The notes under the pieces are model-generated. The model was given only the letters and a program-made list of their open reading frames with translations, had not been told where the DNA came from and did not search any database. Made by a program: the position numbers and the translations under genes. DNA of 63,777 bases, filler included, from an uncultured Methanosarcinales archaeon (lineage in GTDB: Archaea > Nanobdellota > Nanobdellia > Woesearchaeales > CAZKBD01), in the NCBI GenBank assembly GCA_964550945.1. It is 3 parts of 3 records of this genome, joined end to end, with 100 filler letters (N's around TTAATTAATTAA, not from the genome) between each part and the next. Parts side by side here need not be neighbours in the genome. Positions count along the whole stretch, not along the records: positions 28,371 to 56,026 come from CAZKBD010000015.1; positions 56,127 to 63,777 come from CAZKBD010000082.1; 1 more part is not named here. One strand, given 5' to 3'. Below are positions 48,630 through 58,706 of this stretch, piece after piece. How positions within the stretch are numbered: the first letter of the stretch is position 1; each line of letters starts with the position of its first letter.

Positions 48630-49709
48630 TCAATATTTCTCAATAAATATCTTTCCTTTATCAGCTTTAATTACAACCTCATCCTTCTCGCTTAATTTAG
48701 TTATATTTGTGATAACCTCTGGCAATAGTATCCTATTGCCTCTAAAATCAAGATTACTCACAATCTGCTGAGTAGCTTTATCAGGAGCTTTAATGCCTAA
48801 ATCCTGGAATATCTTTGAAGCACTTTTTTCTTTCCCAGACTCCAGGCGCTCTTTAGTTTTTTTATGAAGATATCTGGCAATCTTATCAGCAACATCTATC
48901 TTTGTGGCTTTAGTGATGCCTTGCAATCCAGGGCTCAAATTTACCTCTATTACTAAAGGCTCTTTTGTTCCTTCAAGCAGATCAATCCCGCATATCTCAG
49001 CGCCAATGGATTGCGCAGCAGTGATTGCAATCTGTTTAGTATGGTAATCAAGCTCGATTGGCTCTCCTTTGCCGCCTGCATGTATATTTGCTCTTGTTTC
49101 GCCTTTTTCTGCATTTCTTTTCATAGAAGCAACAACCTTATCGCCAACAACAATAGCCCTAATATCTGTTCCGTCAGTTTCAATATACTCCTGGATCAAA
49201 AAAGGCTGTTTTAATGTTTCTAAAGCATCCAACAATGAAGAAGCAGCTGCAAAACCCTCAGCATACATAACCCCTTTTCCGCCAGTTCCGCTTGGAAATT
49301 TCATGATAATAGGGTAATTAACCCGTTCCAAAACCTTTTTAGCAGCAGTGGCAGAAGAAGCTAAATATGTTTTAGGCATAGGGATCTTATAGGTCTGTAA
49401 AGCAAGATGGGTTAATAGTTTATTATGCCCGACTGTGAAAGCCTCTGCTTTTACTGGCATGTAAGTTGTGTCATAAAAAGCCATTGTGATAGATCTTAGC
49501 AATTGAGCATATCTAAAAGAGCCTTTTGCAAAAACACAATCATATTTGTCCATTGGCTTTCCGTTGTAAAGAACATCCAGCCTTCCAATGTCCAGATTAA
49601 CCTCAATATTCCTTATATCCAGGTCATCAACCACTTCAAAATATTTTCTCATTGCCTCAAGGGTCATCTTAGAGCTTACACTTCCTAATGAAATAAGCGC
49701 AGCTTTCAT
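48630..49709 (-). CDS. RimK-family ATP-grasp ligase with AbrB-like C-terminal domain
   Basis: GTGGKGV, IQEYI, RANIHAGG, EVNLSPGLQGI. Confidence 0.9.
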   Translation of the reverse strand: MKAALISLGSVSSKMTLEAMRKYFEVVDDLDIRNIEVNLDIGRLDVLYNGKPMDKYDCVFAKGSFRYAQLLRSITMAFYDTTYMPVKAEAFTVGHNKLLTHLALQTYKIPMPKTYLASSATAAKKVLERVNYPIIMKFPSGTGGKGVMYAEGFAAASSLLDALETLKQPFLIQEYIETDGTDIRAIVVGDKVVASMKRNAEKGETRANIHAGGKGEPIELDYHTKQIAITAAQSIGAEICGIDLLEGTKEPLVIEVNLSPGLQGITKATKIDVADKIARYLHKKTKERLESGKEKSASKIFQDLGIKAPDKATQQIVSNLDFRGNRILLPEVITNITKLSEKDEVVIKADKGKIFIEKY

Positions 49710-50074
49710 TCGTTCACCTTCAATAATGGATCTATCAAAAAACCCTGCTTTAAAATATTTTGGCCTATCAAGACCTGATACTTCATGTGGCTTCTATCTG
49801 CCAGGCTGAATTCTGTCTTCATGGTTTTGCCTTCTAAAATAATCTCAGCTTCCACTATGGGCCTTAGCCTTGAGCCATGGGCAGATTTGATAACTTTTGA
49901 GCTTATAATCGGCCCTAATTTTAATCTTTCTGCCAGATTTATATCTATTGAGCTTTTTGTAGCTCCAGTATCTATCCTGGCTAAAATGCCTTTCTTTCCG
50001 TCTTGTTTAAAGTACACTCTTTCAACCATCCCTACAACAGTCCGTTCTTCAAAATCTTTTATTTTTTTGGCCAT
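49706..50074 (-). CDS. RimK-associated retropepsin-like protease (RimB-like)
   Basis: ARIDTGA, RPIV, LADRSHMKYQVLIG. Confidence 0.88.
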   Translation of the reverse strand: MAKKIKDFEERTVVGMVERVYFKQDGKKGILARIDTGATKSSIDINLAERLKLGPIISSKVIKSAHGSRLRPIVEAEIILEGKTMKTEFSLADRSHMKYQVLIGQNILKQGFLIDPLLKVNE

Positions 50075-50145
50075 ATAACTAATTGGTTGTATTTACTACA
50101 ATATTTAAGGTTTTCTAATTGAACAAAGAAAAAATAGAGAATAAA

Positions 50146-51222
50146 TTAATCAAGATACCCTTTCGCCTTCAACAGCTCAGCAACTAGTATAGCTCCGCCA
50201 GCTGCTCCTCTTATTGTGTTATGCGACAAAGCCACGAACCTATAATCAAACACTAAGCACTCCCTTAACCTTCCTATTGTTATGGCCATTCCTTTTCCAG
50301 CATCTCTGTCTAGTTTAGTCTGGGGCCTATTCTCTTCTTCATTATAGATCAAAACAGGATCAGGCGCACTTGGCAATTTTAGCTGCTGCGGCTCTGGCTT
50401 GTAATTTTTCCAATCCTCTAATATCTGCTCTCTTGTTGGCTTTTTCTTGAATTCAACTGAAACAGTTGCCATATGCCCATCAGAAGCCGGAACTCTATTG
50501 CAATGGGCTGCTATCTTGATTCCATCAAAGTTCTTTATCTCTCCGTTTTCCAGCTTTCCAAGTATCTTTAATGGCTCTTTCTCTGATTTTTCCTCTTCGC
50601 CGCCTATAAATGGGATCACATTATCCAGTATTTCAGGGAATGTTGCAAATGTTTTTCCTGCTCCAGAGATTGCCTGCATGGTTGTTATTACCATCCTTGT
50701 TGGCTGATACTTCATCAATGGGGCTATTGCCGGCAAATAGCTTTGCAATGAGCAGTTTGGCTTTACAACTACAAAACCTTTTTTCCAGCCATGGTTCTTT
50801 TTCTGAATATCCAAGAGAATGATATGATGAGGATTTATCTCAGGGATTATCATAGGCACATCCTTTGTCCAGCGGTGAGCTGAATTATTTGAAACAACTG
50901 GAATATCAGCTGATGCATAATCATTCTCAAATTTCTTTATTTCATCTTTTGTAGCTTCAATTGCCGAAAATACAAAATCCACCTTTCCTTTAACTTTGCT
51001 GATATCAGCTACATCACTAACAATAAGATTCTTTACGCTAGCTGGGATTGGTTTGGCTTGAGCCCATCTCCCTTCAACCGCTTCATGATATTTTTTTCCA
51101 GCTGACCTTGGCGATGCAGCTAGCGCAACTACATCAAACCATGGATGATTTTCCAATAAAGTGATGAACTTCTGGCCAACCATTCCAGTTGCTCCTAATA
51201 TTCCGCATTTTAGTTTTGCCAT
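50146..51222 (-). CDS. asd: Aspartate-semialdehyde dehydrogenase
   Basis: GATGMVGQ, PNCS, QAISGAG, HNTIRGAAGGA. Confidence 0.96.
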   Translation of the reverse strand: MAKLKCGILGATGMVGQKFITLLENHPWFDVVALAASPRSAGKKYHEAVEGRWAQAKPIPASVKNLIVSDVADISKVKGKVDFVFSAIEATKDEIKKFENDYASADIPVVSNNSAHRWTKDVPMIIPEINPHHIILLDIQKKNHGWKKGFVVVKPNCSLQSYLPAIAPLMKYQPTRMVITTMQAISGAGKTFATFPEILDNVIPFIGGEEEKSEKEPLKILGKLENGEIKNFDGIKIAAHCNRVPASDGHMATVSVEFKKKPTREQILEDWKNYKPEPQQLKLPSAPDPVLIYNEEENRPQTKLDRDAGKGMAITIGRLRECLVFDYRFVALSHNTIRGAAGGAILVAELLKAKGYLD

Positions 51223-51279
51223 CTTACCTCGCTTAATCTATAACTCATTTAAAAACCTTTTGTTAGTCATATAACAATC

Positions 51280-51588
51280 CTATTTCCCGATAGAATTTAC
51301 AATCTTTTTTAATGAATCATCAACCGCATAAAACAGATTCCTGTCAGTCACTTCAGATGTGAATGGCTTGCCATTATCTACAAGCTTTGCATGGATATCA
51401 TATTTTTTGCTTGCTTCTGTTTCATGAACTGGTTTCATAACTAAAGACAATACTTCGAACTTATTTGTTAGCTCTGACATCCTTCTTGCGTAATTGCCAA
51501 CAATCTTTCTTAAGATGACCATTGATGCTTTGTCCAGATCATTAAATCCAGTTAGCTCAATGTTGCCACCTAGTTTCATGATTTCCAT
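51280..51588 (-). CDS. Hypothetical protein with probable HPF/RaiA-like fold
   Basis: Apparent beta-alpha-beta-beta-beta-alpha pattern ending NLFYAVDDSLKKI. Confidence 0.55.
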   Translation of the reverse strand: MEIMKLGGNIELTGFNDLDKASMVILRKIVGNYARRMSELTNKFEVLSLVMKPVHETEASKKYDIHAKLVDNGKPFTSEVTDRNLFYAVDDSLKKIVNSIGK

Positions 51589-51597
51589 ATTCTCACT

Positions 51598-51720
51598 CTA
51601 TATCTTTTGTAGATAAGAACTATCCTCAAATTGCGTAAGAGCGCATTCATCACAATAAAACTCACTAGAATCTTTAATACAAAATTTAGCTTCTTGACCG
51701 CATATTACGCATTTCTTCAT
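51598..51720 (-). CDS. 40-aa Zn-finger protein
   Basis: Manual translation MKKCVICGQEAKFCIKDSSEFYCDECALTQFEDSSYLQKI*. Confidence 0.7.
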   Translation of the reverse strand: MKKCVICGQEAKFCIKDSSEFYCDECALTQFEDSSYLQKI

Positions 51721-51727
51721 TTGAGAA

Positions 51728-51859
51728 TTATAAGGCTCTTTTCTTTAGTCTGATAAACAGCAGGCCATTTCTTCTTTCAACCTGCTTATGAGTATAAGAA
51801 TTATCTTCATAGGTTATTACATCTATCTTTATAGAACCGTCTTTAAAAATAATATCCAC
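51728..51859 (-). CDS. Possible 43-aa ORF (GTG start)
   Basis: MDIIFKDGSIKIDV..RLKKRAL*; G-rich RBS; operonic spacing. Confidence 0.4.
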   Translation of the reverse strand: MDIIFKDGSIKIDVITYEDNSYTHKQVERRNGLLFIRLKKRAL

Positions 51860-51938
51860 CCCCTACCTGCTATCTTAAGTCTAGCTGCTTATTTATATAT
51901 CTTTTGGTGGGTCTTGAGGATAAAAGTATACTGGTTTG

Positions 51939-52286
51939 CTATTTTTGTGCTCTTTTGATTGATTTATGAGCCAAAAACAATAAATTTGCAAATAAAAATA
52001 CCAGCACCAATATCTGAACAGTTTCTAGAACTAACGCCTTTGTCATAAACTTGAAAATCCAGCCAATGAAAAAGAAGTCCTTGGTAAGATAGATCAATAG
52101 GACAATAAAAACAGATACGATATAATAATTCCTTAGCTCTTTTTTCTTCCAGTCAACAAAAAACCTGGTAAAAACAACCCATAACAAGGCAATATTAACG
52201 ATGAATAACAATATTGATTTGGATAAAGCTATCAGTGAATATAGCACAAACACAATCAAAATCACCAAAACAATTATCTCAATCAT
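51939..52286 (-). CDS. Small membrane protein
   Basis: Strongly hydrophobic; overlaps the upstream gene. Confidence 0.7.
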   Translation of the reverse strand: MIEIIVLVILIVFVLYSLIALSKSILLFIVNIALLWVVFTRFFVDWKKKELRNYYIVSVFIVLLIYLTKDFFFIGWIFKFMTKALVLETVQILVLVFLFANLLFLAHKSIKRAQK

Positions 52287-52971
52287 TTTTGCATAAATTT
52301 CTTAGCGGGCATTCTTTGCAATTTGGGTTTTTATTCTTGCAGTAATTTTTTCCCAGCTCAACTAGTAAAGCATGGTACTCATTATAAATTTTTGCGTTTT
52401 TCTCGGTATTATCCATGAAAATCCCCTGCAGATCATCATAGCCTTTGAATTTAAGCCCTAATCTTTGCATTATCCTTTTGGTGTATGCATCAACCACAAA
52501 TATCGGCTTTTCAAAAGCATATAACAAAATAGAATCTGCTGTTTCAGGGCCAATGCCTTTTATTGATAGTAAACTGCCTCTTAATTTATTAATTATTTTT
52601 TTATTATTATTTTTAATTAAAAATTTATTGATATTTTTGTCAAAAAATTCAGCAATTAACTTCAATCGCTCAGCTTTCTGGTTGTAATAACCAGAAGGTT
52701 TTATTATCCCCGCTAATTTATCTTTATCAATGTTTTTTATCTTTTTAATATCAATCAGTCTGTTTTTATTCAAATTGATAATAGCTTTCTCAACATTCTT
52801 CCAGTTCGTGTTTTGGGTCAGGATTGCCCCTGTTACTATCTCAAACTTTTCATTATCAGAAACAGGATTTTTCCCATTATGTTCTGGCTTAACCTCTCCT
52901 TTCTCAGTTAAAGGCCACCAGCCTTGAGGGCCGAATGAATATAACAGCTTATCAAATATCTCTCTTATCAT
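52279..52971 (-). CDS. Endonuclease III-related HhH-GPD glycosylase
   Basis: GAILTQNTNW, GIGPETADSILLYA, VVDAYT, C-terminal Cys cluster. Confidence 0.92.
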   Translation of the reverse strand: MIREIFDKLLYSFGPQGWWPLTEKGEVKPEHNGKNPVSDNEKFEIVTGAILTQNTNWKNVEKAIINLNKNRLIDIKKIKNIDKDKLAGIIKPSGYYNQKAERLKLIAEFFDKNINKFLIKNNNKKIINKLRGSLLSIKGIGPETADSILLYAFEKPIFVVDAYTKRIMQRLGLKFKGYDDLQGIFMDNTEKNAKIYNEYHALLVELGKNYCKNKNPNCKECPLRNLCKND

Positions 52972-53897
52972 ATCAATTCCCTGAAAAAGTTAGTGATGCT
53001 TTCTCTGTCTTTCAATCCATTTATCTTGGTTCTTATTTTTGTTGAACCCCTAAGGCCTAAAGTAAAATGATGCGCCTGATACTTTAATGAAGAATCACTT
53101 AGCTTATATCTTTTTGCAAGCTCTAAATAATTCAGGAAATCATTAGCCCGTTCTTTTGTACTCTGGTCCTTTAATTTCTCTCCTGTTTTCAGGTAATGGA
53201 CGCATTGCTTGATGAAATAAGGATTACCTATAGCTTTTCTGCCAATCATGACATAATCGCAGCCAGTAGTTTCAAGCATTCTTGCAGCATCTTCTTCAGT
53301 TCTGACATCTCCATTTCCAACAACAGGTATGGATAGGTTCTTCTTCACTTCAGTTATTATGTTTATATCAATCTTCCCAGAATAAAACTGCTCGGCATTC
53401 CTTGGGTGCACAGTCAATAGCGAAGCTCCAGCCTCTTCAATCTTTCTTGCTATCTTTACAGTCTCTTCAGTATCCTTATACGCCCTTATCTTAGCGCTTA
53501 TTGGTTTCTTGCAATTACTGACTAATCCCGATATGATGCCATAAATCTTTTCTTTATCATTCAATAAAGCAGCGCCAAAGCCCTTTTTTCTTATCTTCTT
53601 AATAGGACAGCCCATGTTTACATCTATCAAGTCAAATTTGCCTTCAAGAGCCTTTGCAGCAGTTATTATCTCTTCAGCATTATCTCCAAAAAGCTGCAAG
53701 CCAACAGGCTTTTCTCCCTTGACTGTCTTTACAAGCTTTGCTGTCTTTTCATTTTTCAGGATAACCGCCTTTGCGCTTATCATCTCAGTAAACACAAGAG
53801 CAGCTCCATAATCTTTGCAAATCAGCCTGAATGCAAGATTTGTCACACCAGCCATTGGCGCAACTATGATTTTATTTTTTAATTTGATTTTTTGCAT
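52968..53897 (-). CDS. dusB: tRNA-dihydrouridine synthase
   Basis: APMAGVT, DVNMGCP, TVHPR, GNGDV, MIGR. Confidence 0.93.
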   Translation of the reverse strand: MQKIKLKNKIIVAPMAGVTNLAFRLICKDYGAALVFTEMISAKAVILKNEKTAKLVKTVKGEKPVGLQLFGDNAEEIITAAKALEGKFDLIDVNMGCPIKKIRKKGFGAALLNDKEKIYGIISGLVSNCKKPISAKIRAYKDTEETVKIARKIEEAGASLLTVHPRNAEQFYSGKIDINIITEVKKNLSIPVVGNGDVRTEEDAARMLETTGCDYVMIGRKAIGNPYFIKQCVHYLKTGEKLKDQSTKERANDFLNYLELAKRYKLSDSSLKYQAHHFTLGLRGSTKIRTKINGLKDRESITNFFRELI

Positions 53898-53993
53898 TTC
53901 ATTCCCTTCGGTAGCGAGCCTGAACTCTAGGCGTTTCAAATGAGTTTATAAATTTTTAGAAGAACAATTAATTTATTCCATAGCATACTACCT

Positions 53994-55280
53994 TCATTCG
54001 TATCTCAAAGCTTCAACAGGCCTTAATTTTGATGCTCTATATGCTGGAATTGCACCTGCTATCATCCCTATTGAAATAGATACTGCCAACGAAGAAATCA
54101 GAAGCCATGCAGGTATAACTGTTGTCAAACCTCCTCTCCCACCTACTGCACCACCAATTCCTGACAGGAAGTTTGGAAGCACTCCTGAAATAGCAGAGCC
54201 CAAAATTATGCCTATGACTCCTCCAACTAAGCCAACTAGAGCAGAATTTAATAGAAATATGATCATTATGTCCCTATTCTTTGCGCCAATAGCTTTCATT
54301 ACACCTATCTCTTTAGTTTTCTCCAAAACCGCAGTAAACATGGTATTTGCAATCCCGACAGCTCCTACAATCAAGGATACTGCAGCTATAGCAGCTAGGA
54401 ATATTGTAAATGTCTGTGTAACATCCTGTATGCTTGCTTGAATTTGAGTTGGTGAGGTTACACTATAATCCTTTGTCTTACTTGTAACATGCCTTGATAG
54501 CATGAGTTTTGCATCTGTCTCATTAGTAACTTGATCTACAATATCAGCGCTGCTTACTTTGACAGATATTGAGTCAAGCATATCATTTCCCTTATCCAAA
54601 ATAAGCCTTGCTGCTGAGCTTGGCATATAAATTGCATTGTCGCCGCCATTTCCAAATCCACTACCAGAAGCCTTCAATATTCCGACTATCTTAAACACTC
54701 TACCAGAGTTGGTTGCGGTATATATTGAAACCATCCGGTTTAGCACCAAAGGCTGCTTAAAGGTTGTCTGGGCAACCCTGTTTCCGATCACAATAACATT
54801 CTCATTTGAGTCACCTGTATCTAGATATCGCCCTGATTCAAGTTCTGTTGTAATCATATTCTTCCAAGCTAATGTATCTACTCCCTGAACCGAGACAGAA
54901 GCTGTTTCTGCAAGATAAGTCAGAGATGCTCTTCCAGATACAATCCCATTGACAAATGTGACCCCTTCTACTGACTTTATAACCTGGATGTCTCTTTGTG
55001 TAAGGTTTTTGGCTTTTGATGAACTAGCTGAATCAGAGCGTTCCCCCCCGCCAAACCTAAATCCGCCAGCCGCTCTATCAAATCCGGGGGACACAGTTAT
55101 TATATCAGCACCAAGGCCCCCTAATCTTGCCTGTACATTTGCCTGTGCTCCTTCACCTATTGAGACTATTGCTACAATAGCAGCCACACCAATCACAATC
55201 CCTAAAATAGTGAGCCAGCTTCTTAGTTTGCTGTGTACCAAAATGTTCAAAGCAAGCTTGAATGATTTTTGAAATCTCAT
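53994..55280 (-). CDS. MacB/FtsX-type ABC permease
   Basis: RSWLTILGIVIGV, EIGVMKAIGA, PVEALRYE; ATGA-coupled start at 55280. Confidence 0.93.
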   Translation of the reverse strand: MRFQKSFKLALNILVHSKLRSWLTILGIVIGVAAIVAIVSIGEGAQANVQARLGGLGADIITVSPGFDRAAGGFRFGGGERSDSASSSKAKNLTQRDIQVIKSVEGVTFVNGIVSGRASLTYLAETASVSVQGVDTLAWKNMITTELESGRYLDTGDSNENVIVIGNRVAQTTFKQPLVLNRMVSIYTATNSGRVFKIVGILKASGSGFGNGGDNAIYMPSSAARLILDKGNDMLDSISVKVSSADIVDQVTNETDAKLMLSRHVTSKTKDYSVTSPTQIQASIQDVTQTFTIFLAAIAAVSLIVGAVGIANTMFTAVLEKTKEIGVMKAIGAKNRDIMIIFLLNSALVGLVGGVIGIILGSAISGVLPNFLSGIGGAVGGRGGLTTVIPAWLLISSLAVSISIGMIAGAIPAYRASKLRPVEALRYE

Positions 55281-56026
55281 CTTTTTTTGCTGAAAAAGCC
55301 AATAATCTTTTGTCTTCTTGTCTTGTTTTTTAAAACAAAAAATCCAATAACAACAACAATAATCAAAACCCAGAACCAAACACTTCCGATAAATCCTGAT
55401 TTCTGTTGGGTCTGCCTGCCATTTATAGTTGTTGTCTGGCCGCTAACAGCCCTAAATTGGATAGGCACATTCTTCTCTACACTTCTCCTCTCTCCTGTTG
55501 TGTCTGTATACTCAATCAATACCTTAAGGTCATTTCCCCCATTGTTGACATTTATACCCCCCTTACTGATATTTATTCTAAGTCCTTGAGAATTTTGTTG
55601 GGATGATTGTCCTTTTAAGCCTGTAAAGTTCATCGAGCCAGATTGGACTATTTGGAATGAAACAATAGTATAATCTCCTTTATCCAAGTTGCCAATAATA
55701 GCAGAATTGCTTCCAGCCACCCTAAAAAGCTGCTGCTGAGGTATCTTTACAGATACAGACTGTGCAGGGTTATTTCCAGTGTTTGCAACAGAAAGTGATG
55801 TTTGCCCTGCTGAACTTTCAGAAAACGCAACATCAAAATCTGTCTCTCCTCCTATAAAAATACCTGCTTTGGTGCTGATTATGTTGCTAGTTGAGTTACT
55901 GACTGATTCAGATTTTAAGTTTAGATTAAGCTGATACAGCCCTGGCTTGGTGTTTACATCTGCAATTACTTTGTAAGTTAAGTCTACAGACTCACCTACA
56001 TCAAGGTATTTAACATATTTTGTATC
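55277..56026 (-). CDS. COG1361 S-layer-like protein, C-terminal part (5' end lost at gap)
   Basis: IGNLDKGDY, IEYTDTTGERR, C-terminal TM; usual partner of MacB-type permeases. Confidence 0.75.
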   Translation of the reverse strand, partial: DTKYVKYLDVGESVDLTYKVIADVNTKPGLYQLNLNLKSESVSNSTSNIISTKAGIFIGGETDFDVAFSESSAGQTSLSVANTGNNPAQSVSVKIPQQQLFRVAGSNSAIIGNLDKGDYTIVSFQIVQSGSMNFTGLKGQSSQQNSQGLRINISKGGINVNNGGNDLKVLIEYTDTTGERRSVEKNVPIQFRAVSGQTTTINGRQTQQKSGFIGSVWFWVLIIVVVIGFFVLKNKTRRQKIIGFFSKKR

Positions 56027-56126
56027 NNNNNNNNNNNNNNNNNNNNNNNNNNNNNNNNNNNNNNNNNNNNTTAATTAATTAANNNNNNNNNNNNNNNNNN
56101 NNNNNNNNNNNNNNNNNNNNNNNNNN
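56027..56126. other. Artificial contig-join spacer
   Basis: N run with central TTAATTAATTAA. Confidence 0.97.
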
Positions 56127-56138
56127 TTACCCTACTCC

Positions 56139-56236
56139 GCTTACCAAAACCCTATACTTTGTATAGGAACTTGGTAAGCTCCGTCTGGCCATGCCATTAT
56201 TGACTTGGTCAATAATGCCAATAATGGCACAGACGG
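56139..56236. repeat. Tandem long hairpins downstream of PEPCK
   Basis: GCTTACCAA..CCTATAC-TTT-GTATAGG..TTGGTAAGC, then CCGTCTG..CATTATTGAC-TTG-GTCAATAATG..CAGACGG. Confidence 0.6.
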
Positions 56237-56244
56237 TTAACTTT

Positions 56245-58110
56245 TCAATATCGCCCAAAATCAAAAGGGCTTATAATATCTTTTCCAAACTTTTCTTTTG
56301 CATCATTTAATCTCTGCCTTTGCTGCTCTGTATGCACATGGAACACTTCAGGTATATCTTCTTCTGACCTGTATATGTTTTCAATCCTGTCCAGTTTTTT
56401 TAATAGATTTGAAACCCTGATTGAGAAAGAATATTCATATTCTTCTTTAGTGTAATCCCTGCCAAAAGCTTCTTTAAACAGGCCTTTGAGATCTTCATAT
56501 TTGGGAATAAGGCCAACAGGAGTTTCAATAGCATCATAATCGTTATTGACTCTCCCCTCCATCCATAATATCCAGGCTTTCTTATCATTTTTTCCATTGA
56601 CAAAATTACCTTCCTTCCTTAAAAAGTAGTTTGTTGCAAATATTTGAGGTTGTTTATCCAAATCATCCCCAAATTTCAAATGATTGTTTATATAAACCCC
56701 TAAGGGAACAACAAGAAAATCCATATTTGCCATAGGTGAATGGTCTAATACGCCTTCTTTTCCAATTGCAGCAACAGTAGACTCTGATTCAATCGATGCG
56801 CCAATAAAAACTCCATGAGCCCAACTCAGCGCCTGAAGCACTGGGACTGAAGTATCTGAATCTCTGCCGCCGTATATTATCCCACCAACACTTACACCGT
56901 TAGGATCATCTGATTTTGCATCAGCATTATCCAGCTCATTAATCCTTAAGGTGAACCTTGCATTCTTATGTGATACTGTTATTGCCTTATCTTCTTTGTC
57001 TTTCTTTCCTTCATACCACTCGCCTGAATGATTGAATCCTTTTTTAGGGGTTTCTTTACCCATTCCCAGCCAGTATGGAACTCCATCAACCACAAGAACA
57101 TTATTAAAGACAACTTCTCTTGGCGTGGTTACTGCTTTGTATAAAACTGCATCATCAGTTGGATTTACATCTGCTATCACTCCAAATATGCCTTGCTCAA
57201 CATTAGCAGCAACACAATATCCATCTGAATCTCTTCTAAGGAAAGCGATATCATCTCCAACAATTGTCTGGCCTGATATCATTGCAGTAGATGTCTTACC
57301 GCACCAACTGGGAAAAGCGCCCGCAAAATAAGTAACCCTGCTTTTTCCTTTTGGGTGAACACCCATAATGAACATATGCTCGCAAAGCCAATCCTCCTTG
57401 TTTGCTTTGCTGATAGACAGCCTTAAAGAAAGCTTTTTTAACCCGATGCTAGACCCACCATACTGATTATTCATGCTAAGAACTCTTTCTTCTTCAAGAT
57501 CAATGAACACTCTTCTTTTGTCAATATTCTTTGTTGTCATGTCATCATTCAACTCGCCTGTAGAATGGATGACGTGGAAGAACTGCTTCGAGCCTTTTAA
57601 TTTCTTGAACTCCTCATAACCTTTCCTGTAAAGCATCTGCTGCTGATGCGCAACTGTCGCAGAATCAGTGATCTGCATTGCAGGTATAGAGAATATTGAA
57701 TTATTCGGGCCTAAGCAATGAAAGCAAACCAGCATCTCCTTCCCTTTCATTATGCCATCTAGGAGCTCAAAAGCCTCCTTAAGCCCCTTATCCTTGTCGA
57801 TAGTGCTTATATGCTTGCTAATCTTTTTCCCTTTAGGCAGCAATACCCAGGTATGATCCTTGTCTCTAGCCTGGTCATAATAGTTATCATAATGGATAGT
57901 ATGGCCTTTCATCTTTAAGAGCTGTTCTTCGTTATTCTTGATAGCCAGCTTCCTTGCATAATCAATATCCTCTTCAGAATCGTCAAGCACAGTTACTTTT
58001 GCAGGCTTGCATAATTCAACATAGCGCTCAATAATCTTTTCAACATGAGGATTTTTTATTGCCTCTAATTTCTTCAAGCTTTTTCCATCAATCATAGGCT
58101 TAATGTTCAT
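56245..58110 (-). CDS. pckG: Phosphoenolpyruvate carboxykinase (GTP)
   Basis: WLCEHM, FPSWCGKTS, VGDDIA, HKNARF, YGGRD. Confidence 0.95.
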   Translation of the reverse strand: MNIKPMIDGKSLKKLEAIKNPHVEKIIERYVELCKPAKVTVLDDSEEDIDYARKLAIKNNEEQLLKMKGHTIHYDNYYDQARDKDHTWVLLPKGKKISKHISTIDKDKGLKEAFELLDGIMKGKEMLVCFHCLGPNNSIFSIPAMQITDSATVAHQQQMLYRKGYEEFKKLKGSKQFFHVIHSTGELNDDMTTKNIDKRRVFIDLEEERVLSMNNQYGGSSIGLKKLSLRLSISKANKEDWLCEHMFIMGVHPKGKSRVTYFAGAFPSWCGKTSTAMISGQTIVGDDIAFLRRDSDGYCVAANVEQGIFGVIADVNPTDDAVLYKAVTTPREVVFNNVLVVDGVPYWLGMGKETPKKGFNHSGEWYEGKKDKEDKAITVSHKNARFTLRINELDNADAKSDDPNGVSVGGIIYGGRDSDTSVPVLQALSWAHGVFIGASIESESTVAAIGKEGVLDHSPMANMDFLVVPLGVYINNHLKFGDDLDKQPQIFATNYFLRKEGNFVNGKNDKKAWILWMEGRVNNDYDAIETPVGLIPKYEDLKGLFKEAFGRDYTKEEYEYSFSIRVSNLLKKLDRIENIYRSEEDIPEVFHVHTEQQRQRLNDAKEKFGKDIISPFDFGRY

Positions 58111-58211
58111 TTTTCGTTTAGAACAAATTAGAGGTATTTAAATATATAGTGTTAGAATGGTAACAAATGTTTAGGATTCACAATCAAGACAGAATAGTAT
58201 GTAATTAGGGA

Positions 58212-58616
58212 TTATATATGAGCTACATCCTGTGTGGTAATACTAATATACAAACCATACATTTTATTTAATTCTTTAACCTTAGAATCAAGACACCTGA
58301 GAGTGTTATAATTTTCATCAGAAATCTCCAGTCCATCTTCTCTTCTTATTCTGACAGTTACACAAAACTGTGATTCTACCACTGGCCCTACACCTGCAAA
58401 TAACATAGCGACATAGCTATCCCCATGGTCAATAAGACATCCCTCTGGAACATGTGGTGCTAAATAAGGAATAATGCTCTCTTGTAGTGCGGCCTCTAAT
58501 CTTCCAAAAAGGCCAGTCCTTCTTGCTTCCAACTCTCCAGCACGAGCAGCATAATCTGAAATTTCTGCTTTGAGTGTATCTGCTCCTGGAAGTGCATTTG
58601 CTTCTGGATGATCCAT
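58212..58616 (-). CDS. Hypothetical protein
   Basis: Standalone ORF with upstream TATA-like box. Confidence 0.55.
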   Translation of the reverse strand: MDHPEANALPGADTLKAEISDYAARAGELEARRTGLFGRLEAALQESIIPYLAPHVPEGCLIDHGDSYVAMLFAGVGPVVESQFCVTVRIRREDGLEISDENYNTLRCLDSKVKELNKMYGLYISITTQDVAHI

Positions 58617-58706
58617 TTTATAAGGCAGGAATCCAGATAGGTTAATAAACTTTTCGGTAAATGACTACTGGATAGTATTTACATTTAAGGCGACATTGAT
58701 TAGAGC

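Noticed and set aside
52575..52650. Extremely AT-rich tract in the endonuclease III-like gene
   Set aside because: In-frame low-complexity K/N/I segment with no convincing match to the hairpin family
55281..55379. Cys-rich N-terminal extension of the ABC permease
   Set aside because: Alternative frame of the upstream gene's TM; the coupled ATG at 55280 is the likelier start
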